Shown piece by piece: positions 1-10,359 of a stretch of DNA of 64,000 nt. This stretch comes from Chrysemys picta bellii (taxonomy: Eukaryota). A model generated the notes under the pieces. The model was not told the DNA's origin. It searched no databases and was given only the letters and a program-made list of their open reading frames with translations. Numbering within the stretch: the stretch's first letter is position 1; each line of letters begins with the position of its first letter. Where the stretch lies: the NCBI RefSeq assembly GCF_011386835.1, contig NC_088809.1, positions 1,426,001-1,490,000 of the forward strand. Reading direction: 5' to 3'. The position numbers were made by a program, and so were the translations under genes.

Positions 1-553
1 GAACAGCACAGAGTGACCATCACACCAGGGCACTGTTGTCAGGATTCATCTTAGCATAACGTCGTCATCACACCAAGGAAGTAGCACTACCCGCACAATG
101 AGATAAATACAGCCACATGCGCATGCCAAAACTTCACAGTACAGGCACACTGGGATCCACACAGCAGGAGAGTGGTGTCAGCTTAGCGCTCAGTTTAGTG
201 TGGATACACTCAGGGACTGAGTCCAAGAGTTCAGCTAAACACAAGGGCACCTGGAAACACCTGTACTAACAGCAGGATCGACACTGGCCCAATAGGAGGA
301 GTTGCACATCAGGGCACTAATCCCAATCCCAGTGCAAGGCAATATGGGATCCAGGCACCAGGTCTTTAGTACCAGAATTTGTACTCCTGGAAGAGTGGGA
401 TGGAATGATAGAAGTTACAGGGGAAAAAGCCCTCTGATCATCCTGGCTCAGTCCATCTCCCTGCCAACGCAGGGCTGATCCTTACTGCATGTTTTGTCCA
501 GTCTCCTTTTAAAAGTCCCAAGCCTTAGAGTTTCTAGCTGGGACACTCTATAC

Positions 554-780
554 CAGGGGTTCTCAAACTGGGGGTCGGGACCCCTCAGGGGGTCGCGAGG
601 TTATTACATGGGGGGTCGCGAGCTGTCAACCTCCACCCCAAACCCTGCTTTGCCTCCAGCATTTATAGTGGTGGTGAATATATAAAAAACTGGTTTTAAT
701 GTATAAGGGGGCAGGGGGGGTCACACTCAGAGGCTTGCTCTGTGAAAGGGGTCACCAGTAAAAAAGTTTGACAGCCACTG
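554..780. mobile_element. Non-autonomous hAT-type MITE
   Basis: Imperfect TIRs CAGGGGTTCTCAAACT / AGTTTGACAGCCACTG; exact 8-bp TSD CTCTATAC at 546-553 and 781-788. Confidence 0.9.
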
Positions 781-932
781 CTCTATACCTCGGGGGAGTA
801 GCGTGCTGTGCTCTGTAAGCCCCATATTCATCATTTGTATATATTCTTTATAGCTCATATAAAGCATGCCGTGTAAGGTATCATGGGAAAGGTTCTGATT
901 TGCTGAAACCCACTGTTCTGTCAAAATATGTA

Positions 933-1585
933 TGTCATGGAGTCCCCAGGCGATGCTCTGGAACTGCTCCCCACAAAGCCAGTCAGGACTTTGGGGAGCC
1001 TCCTCTCCCTCGGAGCAGACCGTCTTCAGGGCAAGAAGCTCACATGGCTTCACCTCCCGGGTCAGACTTTGGAGCATTCATCATATGTCCCTCCATGCGC
1101 TTCCCACACGAATCCCCCCAGGCGGGGTCCTGGGGAGCCAGGGGGTCCTGCACCCCCACTTTTCAGGCAGACGAGACTCTCAGCCAGCCAGTAAAACAGA
1201 GGTTTATTAGATGACAGGAACACGGTCTAAAACAGAGCTTGTAGGTCCAGAGAACAGGATCCCTCAGCAGGCTCCATTCTGGGGCCCAGCGAGCCAGATA
1301 ACTCAGTCTGCCCTCACTTCCCCATCCCCAGCCAGGCCCAAACTGAAACCCCCTCCAGCCCCTCCTTTTTGGCCTTTGTCTCTTTCCCGGGCCAGGAAGT
1401 CACCTGATCTTTTTGTTCACCTTTAGCTATCCCCTTGGGGGGAGGGGGGGGGAGGCCCTGGCCATTAGTTGCTAGGAGACAGATTGTCGGCCATTTATGC
1501 ACACTGGAGACTTAAGACATAGGGGACACTGAGGCACCCACACAGTATTCAGAGGAAACATTAAGGACAGTCCCTCTTCGTCACA
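933..1585 (-). mobile_element. Probable solo LTR
   Basis: TG...CA termini, AATAAA on the minus strand (1203-1208), degenerate flanking duplication ATGTA/ATATA; resembles turtle LTR repeats from memory. Confidence 0.6.
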
Positions 1586-2060
1586 ATATATCATTAAAGT
1601 GTATGAAATTATGAGATTGTGCTGCATGGTGTTACTGAAATAGGCTGCAAGTGCAGAAACAACAAGGCACTTGACCAAATGGCTGAGTGGATGTTACACA
1701 ACCATCACCAGCCATTGTGCAGCAAGTGAATGACAATTAGCAATTCAATGACCATCACCAGAGAATTACTCAACCCTGGGACTCAGCAATCCCTGCTCCC
1801 CCCAACATGATGCTTGGACATGTGTTTTCCAGAGCACATGGACTAGACAGGAGACAGTGCCAGCCCAGGTTGTACCCCAGGGGTCACACACTAGCCCTTC
1901 CCTTGGGAGACGATTCCAGCCACACCCCAAGGCAGAGATTGCACTGCTTGGAAGGTTTCCCCTGATAGCTTGAGTTTCTCTCTCTCCCTCCCCCCCACCC
2001 CCCGCAGCCCCTTGCCTCCCCCTTTCCCTTCTATCCCCCACCCCAGGAAGAGGCAGTCAC

Positions 2061-2304
2061 CCAGATGCCAGGGAGGGGGACCAAGCACACTACATGGACA
2101 TGTGGCCACTGTCTCCAAGAGGGAGGCGTCTCTGCCTGGGCAAGCAGGGAGCGCCACACCCCGCAGCAACCCAGGAGACGCGTCGTCGTCCCCCCCCCCC
2201 CCCGCCCATCCCGGTCCAGCTGCCCAGCGGGGGCTGGTACTCTCAGTCTCTCTGTGCTGCGGGGGCCCAGGGGATGTTTTTGGAGACGCCTCTGACTGAG
2301 CCCC
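2061..2304 (-). CDS. SPAG5: Possible SPAG5 exon 3 (tentative)
   Basis: Acceptor tctgcatctggcag, open phase-0 frame GAQSEASPKTSPGPPQ... compatible with exon 2, donor TGG|GTGACT. No recognisable homology, so tentative. Confidence 0.3.
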
Positions 2305-2519
2305 CTGCCAGATGCAGAGAGCTGGGCTGTAGTCGGTGCCCCCACATGCAGACAGCCACATGCCGGCTCTCAGCACAGCCACTTGAGGCTGGGAAGAGGT
2401 TTCAGTCCCGTTCCCCCGACACCCTCACCCCAAGACCCCCTTTGAAATACACTTACCTGCTGCTGCCTTTAGTTGGCTGAGAGGCTGAAGCGAGGTTGGG
2501 AGCTGCAGAGCCACAGAAA

Positions 2520-2882
2520 CAGGGCCGGCTCTAGCTTTTTTGCCGCCCCAGGCAAAAAAGCCTCCCGCCGCCCCCGCAAGCGCAGCAGGGGAGGGCACGG
2601 AGCCTGGCCGCGGGCCCGCTCTCCCCGACCGGCAGGAGCACCGGGAGGAGGGTGGCGAGCCCGCCGCGGCTCCGTTCATCCCAACGGGCCGGAGTGCCGG
2701 GGGGAGGGCGGCAAGCCCGAAGTGGCTCCGCTCATCCCAACGGGCCGGAGCGCTGGGGGGGGGGAGGGCGGCTGAGCCCAGTCGCGGCCCAGCTCTCGGG
2801 CTGGAGCGCCGCGCCGTGCCGCCCCCCTCCAGGTGCCGCCCCAAGCACATGCTTGGTGGGGTGGTGCCTGGAGCCGGCCCTG
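2520..2882. mobile_element. Non-autonomous hAT-type MITE
   Basis: TIRs CAGGGCCGGCTCTAG / CTGGAGCCGGCCCTG; exact 8-bp TSD CACAGAAA at 2512-2519 and 2883-2890. Confidence 0.9.
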
Positions 2883-3790
2883 CACAGAAAGCAACCTGCT
2901 GCCCATAAGAAGCAGGTAGGAGAAGGAGGGGGGCACAGCACCGGTGGGGGTGGGGTCACTCAGCCCCTGCCCCAGGAGGAGAGTCCCCATCACTGATTGG
3001 CTGGTGGCCAAAAACAGCTAAAAAGCACAGCCCGAAAGAGCTGTTTTAGCCACGCTGATCAGCACAGCAGCTCAGAGCCCGAAACAGCTGATCGGCCCCG
3101 AAACAGCTGATCGGCGTTGGCTCCGGGCTCTGCAAAAAACTGCGGATAGGCCCTCCGAGCCCCGCCGAACAGCTGATGGGGCCAGGGGCAGTAAACAGTT
3201 GACTGGTGCCAGTGGGTGCAGAGCACCCTCCAGCCCTGGAGCACCCCCAGAGTTGGCACCTATGCCCCCAGCCAAGGGTCCTTGCTGGCCAGGCTGGGAG
3301 GGGGATCTTAACCCGACAGGCGGCTGACGCTGGAAGAAGGGTCCCACCACCCAAAGCCCAGAGGTAAGTGGCCACCACCATTGCAAGAGTCCAACCGGCA
3401 GCATCCCTGCAGCCTGGCCAGGGCCTGAGCAGGAGGCCGGGCCCTACAAGGAACAGAGTGCGAAGTGCCCCGACGTGCCAGACACGGTTTGTGAGGTTCC
3501 CTGTCACAGGGCCGGGTGACGGGTTCTCCTTCTTCTGTTGAAAACTAATTGTTGATTAAACAACGTGTATTTGTTTTACATGGTAGGACATGACCCGTCA
3601 CCCAGGGGTCAGGGAGGTGCCCAGTGCGGCGCGCCCGGAGTGGGGACACCTCGCCCCTGTCCCAGGCGAGCGCGGCAGGGTTGGGGGTCGCGCCCCCCGG
3701 AAGGCGGGGCTCGGCCAGACAGGAGAGTGGAGCGCTCCCCACGGCAGGGGCCCGACCCCCCCGGGCCCCGCGCGCCCCCGCCCCCCGCAC

Positions 3791-3937
3791 CTGCAGCCGC
3801 AGCCGGCGGAACAGCGGCGTGAGACTCGAGCATGTCACAGGCTCCATCCGGCTCCCGGGGAACGTCGGCTTCGGGGGCGCCGGCGGCTGCTGCAGCGACA
3901 GGTCCTGGAGCGGGGCCCGGCCGGCGGCCTTCCGGGG
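3791..3937 (-). CDS. SPAG5: SPAG5 (astrin) exon 2
   Basis: 147 nt, phase 0-0, tttttgtgtccag / CAG|GTGCGG. Peptide ...RAPLQDLSLQ...CSSLTPLFRRLRLQ resembles human astrin RTPLRELTLQ...CSSLTPSLCKLGLQ; synteny next to RSKR agrees. Confidence 0.8.
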
Positions 3938-4066
3938 CTGGACACAAAAACACCGCGTGTGACCCGGGCAGGCGGCGCGGGGGGGGCCGGAGCCCGGCGG
4001 GGAGAGCGGCGCCACCCCCCGCTGGGCCCCGCCCGACCAGGTGCCCTCCCCCGGGGCCGCCCTCAC

Positions 4067-4156
4067 CTCGCGCACGGCCGCGCTCTCCGCCGGGGGCCCG
4101 GCGGTCTCCATGGGGACCCGACCTGCTCCGCTGCCGCGCGCCGCCGCACCCGCCAT
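4067..4156 (-). CDS. SPAG5: SPAG5 exon 1 coding part (start at ATG 4156 or 4111)
   Basis: Donor GAG|GTGAGG, phase 0; in-frame ATGs at 4180, 4156 and 4111; lies in a CpG island. Confidence 0.6.
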
Positions 4157-4260
4157 TTGAACAGAGCGCGCGAATGCCATTGGCTGCAGCCGCCAGCGGC
4201 GTCGTTACGTGAGGGGGCGGGGCGACGCCGTGTCCCCCCCCCCCCGTCTGACGTAGCTGT
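4150..4260 (-). promoter_or_regulatory. SPAG5 CpG-island promoter with CHR-like, CCAAT, GC-box and CRE-like motifs
   Basis: TTTGAA at 4156-4161, CGCGCG just upstream, CCAAT on minus at about 4179-4183, TTACGTGA about 4205-4212, GGGGCGGGG about 4213-4221. Confidence 0.55.
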
Positions 4261-4403
4261 GTGGGCGGGATCGGGATCCCCCCGATCGCTAATCCCAGCG
4301 CTCAGAGCCTGGGGCGCCCCCTAGCGGTTCGCTCTGGATCCCCCCAGCCCGCGCCCGCCCCACGCAGCCCACGGCCACGCCACGCCGAGCACTGGACATG
4401 CCA

Positions 4404-4409
4404 TTTATT
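4404..4409 (-). terminator. Candidate RSKR poly(A) signal
   Basis: AATAAA on the minus strand about 370 nt past the RSKR stop, in otherwise very GC-rich sequence. Confidence 0.6.
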
Positions 4410-4776
4410 GCGTAGTCCCGTTCCGCGCGGCTCCCGTACAGACGGGGGGGTCCTGCCGGGACCTGGGCCAGCCAGGGCAGCCTCTGGGGCGGGGCGGCCT
4501 GAGTCTAACCGGGGGGCAGCCTGGCCTGGGAATAGGGGGTGCCACTGAGGGGAGCCGCTTCCTATCTACCGGCCCAGGCAAGAGCCACTGGTAGGGCGGG
4601 TGCCGGTGCCCGCTGCTGCTCTCCCTGAGGTGGCTGGAGGGGTGCACGAGTGGGGGTTCCTGAGCAGATCGAATGGTGCTCCTGGCTGGCCATGGGGGTC
4701 CTGGTCACAGCCTGCAAACGGTGACGAGATGGAGCCACAAATGGGTCCAGGGCCCCAGCAGGGCCAGAGCAGCGGG

Positions 4777-4992
4777 TCAGCTCTGCCGCAGCCAGGCCAG
4801 GAGGTCACAGTCAAAGTCTGTAAAGGTGACGGACGATTCCAGGGCCGCCGCCTCCGCTTGCCGCGCAGCCACGACGACGTCCACCGGCTGCTTCTGCAGG
4901 AGCTCGGCGTCAAAGGTCACGCCCCGAAAGAAGAGGTGGCTCTTGAAGTGGTGGAGGTAGCGCAGGCGCCGCAGGGGGTTTCGGCACAGGAG
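4777..4992 (-). CDS. RSKR: RSKR exon 12
   Basis: LLCRNPLRRL...FTDFDCDLLAWLRQS*; acceptor ccccag; TGA at 4779-4777. Confidence 0.92.
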   Translation of the reverse strand, partial: LLCRNPLRRLRYLHHFKSHLFFRGVTFDAELLQKQPVDVVVAARQAEAAALESSVTFTDFDCDLLAWLRQS

Positions 4993-5122
4993 CTGGGGAG
5001 GGAGAGCCTGACCGTGAGAACAGGCTGCGTGTACAGGGGACACACTCAGCCAGCACGGCCCTGCTGGAGAGGGGATGGCTGGGACCAGGGAAGGGGGCGC
5101 AGGAGGGATTGGAAGGAGTTAC

Positions 5123-5233
5123 CTCGCTGAGCAGGAGGGACAGCCCCCGGCTCAGGGAGCCTGGGCTCTCGTAGCTGCAGCGGTTCACGCTCGCCAGCAT
5201 GGCCAGATGGTCTCGCTCTGGAGGAACTGGGAA
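5123..5233 (-). CDS. RSKR: RSKR exon 11
   Basis: FPVPPERDHL...LSLLLSE, 111 nt, AG/GT. Confidence 0.93.
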
Positions 5234-5848
5234 CTGGGGAGACAGGAGAGGGCTGTTAGTCCCCCGGAAGGAAGCATTCCCGAAAAGGATGCTGCCTCCC
5301 ACTGACCACTGCCTCTGCGCAGGCCCAGCAGCTGCAGCAGGAGCCCAGCCCAAGGTCCAGGCTGGAGCAGCTTAGGGGAGGAGCCAGGCTGCAGCGTGAG
5401 CACCACAGGTTGGTTGCAGGTACCCATCAGACACACCCTCTTCCAGCCCTCAGCAGGCCACAGCCCTCTGGGCTCAAGCCCTTCCCTGATCTATTGCACA
5501 AGAGCCACAATCCAGACCATGGCCCGGGCGGAGGCTCCAATGCATCGTGCAGGTGATGGGAAGCAGGGAACCCGCTAGCAGACTCCGGTAGTGCTGGCGG
5601 AAGTGCTGCCGAGTGGAGGCAGCCTCAGAACAAAGAGAAGGGTGGCCCAGTGACCCATCCACATGTGATCTGGGAGAGACGGAGAACACAGGTGTCTCCT
5701 CTGCCCCCGGACCCTCCCACTCGCCAGTGTGGCTCCATGGGATAGTAGGGCTGTGTGCCCAGACCAATAGGGATGCTGCCCCAGCCCCTCGCCTCCCAGT
5801 GATAGAGAATCTGACCCCATAGCATCTCCCCTGGCCCCGTCACCTCAC

Positions 5849-5937
5849 CTTCCCAGTAGCGAGGGTAAAGAGCAGGATGCCCAGAGACCACCAGTCAGCA
5901 GAATGGCTGTAGGGGCCTCCGCTCAGCACTTCTGGGG
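5849..5937 (-). CDS. RSKR: RSKR exon 10
   Basis: (A)[19 protein letters not shown]...ATGK, 89 nt, AG/GT. Confidence 0.93.
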
Positions 5938-6026
5938 CTGTCAATCCCAAGAGAAAGCAGAGTCAGGGTTTGTGCAGTGCCCGACCCCCAGCCCCATTGC
6001 CCAGCGGCAGCCTGGGCCAGCCTTAC

Positions 6027-6116
6027 CCATGTACTGCAGGGTCCCACAGATGGTGTAAGCCCGCTCCCCTCGGCGCAGGTGGCGGGAAAGGCCAAAGTCT
6101 GTCAGCTTGAGGTGCC
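6027..6116 (-). CDS. RSKR: RSKR exon 9
   Basis: (G)HLKLTDFG...[10 protein letters not shown], 90 nt, AG/GT. Confidence 0.95.
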
Positions 6117-6184
6117 CTGTGCACAGACACACACTATCACTCCTCTGCAAGAGCCCTGCCCACATGGAGTCAGCCCACTGCCCC

Positions 6185-8605
6185 CAGACTGCCAGCCCAG
6201 CATTCCCCCCCGCCGCACCCTACCCCTGACGCTGCCAGCCCAGCATTCCCCCTCCCCGCAACCTACCCCCGACGCTGCCAGCCCAGCATTCCCCCTCCCC
6301 GCACCCTACCCCCGACGCTGCCAGCCCAGAATTCCCCCCCGCACCCTGCCCCCAGACGCTGCCAGCCCAGCATCCCCCCCCCCCCCGCCGCACCCTACCC
6401 CTGACGCTGCCAGCCCAGCATTCCCCCCCCGCCGCACCCTACCCCTGACGCTGCCAGCCCAGCATTCCCCCCCGCACCCTGCCCCCAGACGCTGCCAGCC
6501 CAGCATCCCCCCCGCCGCACCCCACCCCCAGACGCTGCCAGCCCAGCATTCCCCCCGCCGCACCCTACCCCCGACGCTGCCAGCCCAGCATTCCCTCCCA
6601 CTCCCCGCCCCAGACGCTGCCAGCCCAGCATTCCCCCCCCCCGCACCCTACCCCTGACGCTGCCAGCCCAGCATCCCCCCCGCCGCACCCCACCCCCAGA
6701 CGCTGCCAGCCCAGCATTCCCCCCGCTGCACCCTACCCCCGACGCTGCCAGCCCAGCATTCCCCCCCCCGCACCCTACCCCCGACGCTGCCAGCCCAGCA
6801 TTCCCCCCCCCGCACCCTACCCCCGACGCTGCCAGCCCAGCATTCCCCCCCCCGCACCCTACCCCCGACGCTGCCAGCCCAGCATTCCCCCCCCCGCACC
6901 CTACCCCCGACGCTGCCAGCCCAGCATTCCCCCCCCCGCACCCTACCCCCGACGCTGCCAGCCCAGCATTCCCCCCCCCGCACCCTACCCCTGACGCTGC
7001 CAGCCCAGCATTCCCCCCCCGCACCCTACCCCTGCCGCTGCCAGCCCAGCATTCCCCCCCCCCCGCACCCTACCCCTGACGCTGCCAGCCCAGCATTCCC
7101 CCCCCCCGCACCCTACCCCCGACGCTGCCAGCCCAGCATTCCCCCACACACACCCCGACCCTGACTGCCAGCCCAGCATTCCCCGCCGCACCCTACCCCC
7201 GACGCTGCCAGCCCAGCATCCCCCCCCGCCGCACCCTACCCCTGACGCTGCCAGCCCAGCATTCCCCCCCCCACCCTACCCCCGACGCTGCCAGCCCAGC
7301 ATCCCCCCCCGCCGCACCCTACCCCTGACGCTGCCAGCCCAGCATTCCCCCCCCCACCCTACCCCCGACGCTGCCAGCCCAGCATTCCCCCCCCCGCACC
7401 CTACCCCTGACGCTGCCAGCCCAGCATTCCCCCCCCCCCGCACCCTACCCCCGACGCTGCCAGCCCAGCATTCCCCCCCCCCCGCACCCTACCCCCGACG
7501 CTGCCAGCCCAGCATTCCCCCCCCCGCACCCTACCCCCGACGCTGCCAGCCCAGCATTCCCCCACCCCGCACCCCACCCCCAGACGCTGCCAGCCCAGCA
7601 TCCCCCCCGCCGCACCCCACCCCCAGACGCTGCCAGCCCAGCATTCCCCCCGCCGCACCCCACCCCCAGACGCTGCCAGCCCAGCATCCCCCCCGCCGCA
7701 CCCCACCCCCAGACGCTGCCAGCCCAGCATTCCCCCCGCCGCACCCCACCCCCAGACGCTGCCAGCCCAGCATCCCCCCCGCCGCACCCCACCCCCAGAC
7801 GCTGCCAGCCCAGCATTCCCCCCCCCCGCACCCTACCCCCGACGCTGCCAGCCCAGCATTCCCCCCCCCCGCACCCTACCCCCGACGCTGCCAGCCCAGC
7901 ATTCCCCCCCCCGCACCCTACCCCCGACGCTGCCAGCCCAGCATTCCCCCACACACACCCCGACCCTGACTGCCAGCCCAGCATTCCCCCCCGCACCCTA
8001 CCCCTGACGCTGCCAGCCCAGCATCCCCCCCCGCCGCACCCTACCCCCGACGCTGCCAGCCCAGCATCCCCCCCCGCCGCACCCTACCCCTGACGCTGCC
8101 AGCCCAGCATTCCCCCCCCCGCACCCTACCCCTGACGCTGCCAGCCCAGCATTCCCCCCCCCCCGCACCCTACCCCCGACGCTGCCAGCCCAGCATTCCC
8201 CCCCCCGCACCCTACCCCTGACGCTGCCAGCCCAGCATTCCCCCACCCCGCACCCCACCCCCTGACGCTGCCAGCCCAGCATTCCCCCCCCCGCACCCTA
8301 CCCCCGACGCTGCCAGCCCAGCATTCCCCCACCCCGCACCCTACCCCGGACGCTGCCAGCCCACCATTCCCCCCCCGCACCCTACCCCCGACGCTGCCAG
8401 CCCAGCATTCCCCCCCCCGCACCCTACCCCCGACGCTGCCAGCCCAGCATTCCCCCCCACTCTCTGCCCCAGATGCCAGCCCACCATTCCCCCCCCGCAC
8501 CCTACCCCCGACGCTGCCAGCCCAGCATTCCCCCCACACACACCCCGACCCTGACTGCCAGCCCAGCATTCCCCCCCAGACGCTGCCAGCCCAGCATTCC
8601 CCCCA
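6185..8605. repeat. About 2.4-kb minisatellite, ~42-bp unit, roughly 55-60 copies, in RSKR intron 8
   Basis: Unit GACGCTGCCAGCCCAGCATT(C)nGCACCCTACCCC; the 14-aa periodicity ([14 protein letters not shown]) of the overlapping spurious ORFs confirms 42 bp. Confidence 0.95.
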
Positions 8606-8657
8606 CCCAGGGAACAGCGGCTCATGCCTAGTGTGGAGGGGGCAGCGCTGCACGTAC

Positions 8658-8685
8658 CGCGTTCGTCCAGGAGTATGTTCTCCAT
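8658..8685 (-). CDS. RSKR: RSKR exon 8
   Basis: MENILLDER(G), 28 nt, ttcag / GTACGT. Confidence 0.93.
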
Positions 8686-9207
8686 CTGAAAAGGAGAGAG
8701 AGGTCAGAGCTCACATTACCTCCTTGTCCAGGGTGTACTCAGCCAAGCGAGGCCACCTGTCCAGGACACACCAGCTGGCCTCGCGGGCCTGGAAAGGGCC
8801 ATATTCCCATCAGGCTGGTCGCGAGGCCCCCCTGCGGCTCACACCGCACATGTCTGCCTGTGTGAGGAGACCAGTCCCTCCTCTAAGAGCCGCCCAGGGT
8901 CCACAATGGGCTGGATCAGGCCTTGGGCAGGACTCGCCCAAACTAGTGGGGGAAAGAGCAGCTGCCCACTCCCTCCACTGAGCGGAGCAGCTGAATCCAG
9001 CTCCCACCCCACTGGATGTGAGTTTGGGGCCTGGGGGGAGGTGAGGTCCCCCCATCACAGAGGAACTTGCCACCCCACCCCCCCGCTCCTGACAGCCAAC
9101 ACTGACTCGCAGCCGGCAGCAGGACAGCTCATCACACCGAGCGTGTCACTGACTCGGTCCAGCGAGGGGCAGGGCAGGTCAGACCCCCTCTCCCAGGGCA
9201 CTCGTAC

Positions 9208-9248
9208 CTTCACGTCTCGGTGCACGATGCCCAGGTCATGGAGATAAC
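9208..9248 (-). CDS. RSKR: RSKR exon 7
   Basis: (G)YLHDLGIVHRDVK, 41 nt. Confidence 0.95.
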
Positions 9249-9496
9249 CTGGAAGGGGAGAAAGGAGGAGGGTCACCAGAGCCCCACCAGGCATGCTGAG
9301 GAGGATCATAGATCTGCCCCAGTACAGGGGACGCTGTCTGACCATCAGTTCCTGGCAGGCAGGGAGAAGCCGGCCCCTCTGCCCCACACACAGCCTCCTC
9401 CCCAGGGCCCAGGATGCTGGCAGCATCAGCCACACGGCTCCAGGGAACCCACAGGGACTCTGTCCCTATGCAAGTGCCCCTCAGCAGGTCACTCAC

Positions 9497-9604
9497 CCAG
9501 CGCCAGAACCAGCTCGGCTGCGAACAGGCGAATGGTGGCTTCCGCGAAACGCCCCGAAGAGGCCCAAAGCGTGTGCAGGTCTCCGGTGCTGCAGTATGTG
9601 CACA
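9497..9604 (-). CDS. RSKR: RSKR exon 6
   Basis: (M)CTYCSTGDL...FAAELVLAL, 108 nt. Confidence 0.93.
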
Positions 9605-9901
9605 CTGCAGAGGGAGCAGGACAGACAGACAGACATTACAGCTTAGGGGGGCCCAGCACACACAGTCAGTCCAGCTGGGAAGAGCCAGGACTCCAGGCAA
9701 ATGCGATTCCCTCCCCACAGATCACATCTCAGAGACCCTCTACAGACCCTGCCTCCAAGGGGCCTGCTGGAGAGACAGGGCATAGAGTGGGCATGGCCCC
9801 CGGGCTGATATTTGCAGTGGGGCTGCTTCCCTTTGCTGCTGATCCCTTCATTGCCCAAGGGCCAAGAGAACTGTGCCAGCCCAGGGTAGGGGAGCCAGGT
9901 A

Positions 9902-10020
9902 GGGTGACCAGACAGCAAATGTGAAAAATCGGGACGGGGGTGGGGGGTAATAGGAGCCTATATGAGAAAGAGACCAAAAAATCAGGACTGTCCCTATAAA
10001 ATCAGGACATCTGGTCACCC
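9902..10020. mobile_element. ~120-bp MITE with TA flanks
   Basis: TIRs GGGTGACCAGA / TCTGGTCACCC between TA dinucleotides; a second copy in the opposite orientation lies at 17052-17171. Confidence 0.85.
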
Positions 10021-10289
10021 TAGAGCCAGGCCTGCAAGAGGGAACTGCCTTTATCCTGCTCACATGACCCAGCCATGGGTGGCCATAGGGGAGGGGAGCG
10101 AGCCGCAAAGCAGCTCCTAATCCACAGGGGATTGCGGGCGGCAGAGCCAGGCTGCACTCCAGCTGCCAGAGCTCTGAGGGCGGGCGGACAAGAGGTTTAA
10201 TGTCGGTCAGATGCACAGAGCCGTGTACGCACACATGGCGGGCGGGGCCCCTACTCTAGGGAGACGCCGGGGGGCAGATGGTGACTCAC

Positions 10290-10359
10290 TAATGAAGAGA
10301 TGCCGCTGTCCCTGCCAGCTGTCCCCTAAGCAGTGAACAAATGGGTGGCTGACCTGCCT
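10290..10359 (-). CDS. RSKR: RSKR exon 5
   Basis: [23 protein letters not shown], 70 nt. Confidence 0.93.

Noticed and set aside
1-420. Strong acceptor-like site on the minus strand (exon would start at 386), a possible SPAG5 exon
   Set aside because: All three frames hit stops within about 150 nt, with no convincing donor or recognisable homology.
3000-3215. Short repeats CCCGAAACAGCTGATCGG
   Set aside because: Probably a decayed DNA-transposon interior; I could not define TIRs or a TSD.
5977-8653. Many 80-226 aa ORFs with [14 protein letters not shown] or PDAASPAF repeats
   Set aside because: They are translations of the 42-bp intronic minisatellite; the stop-poor GC-rich unit explains the open frames.
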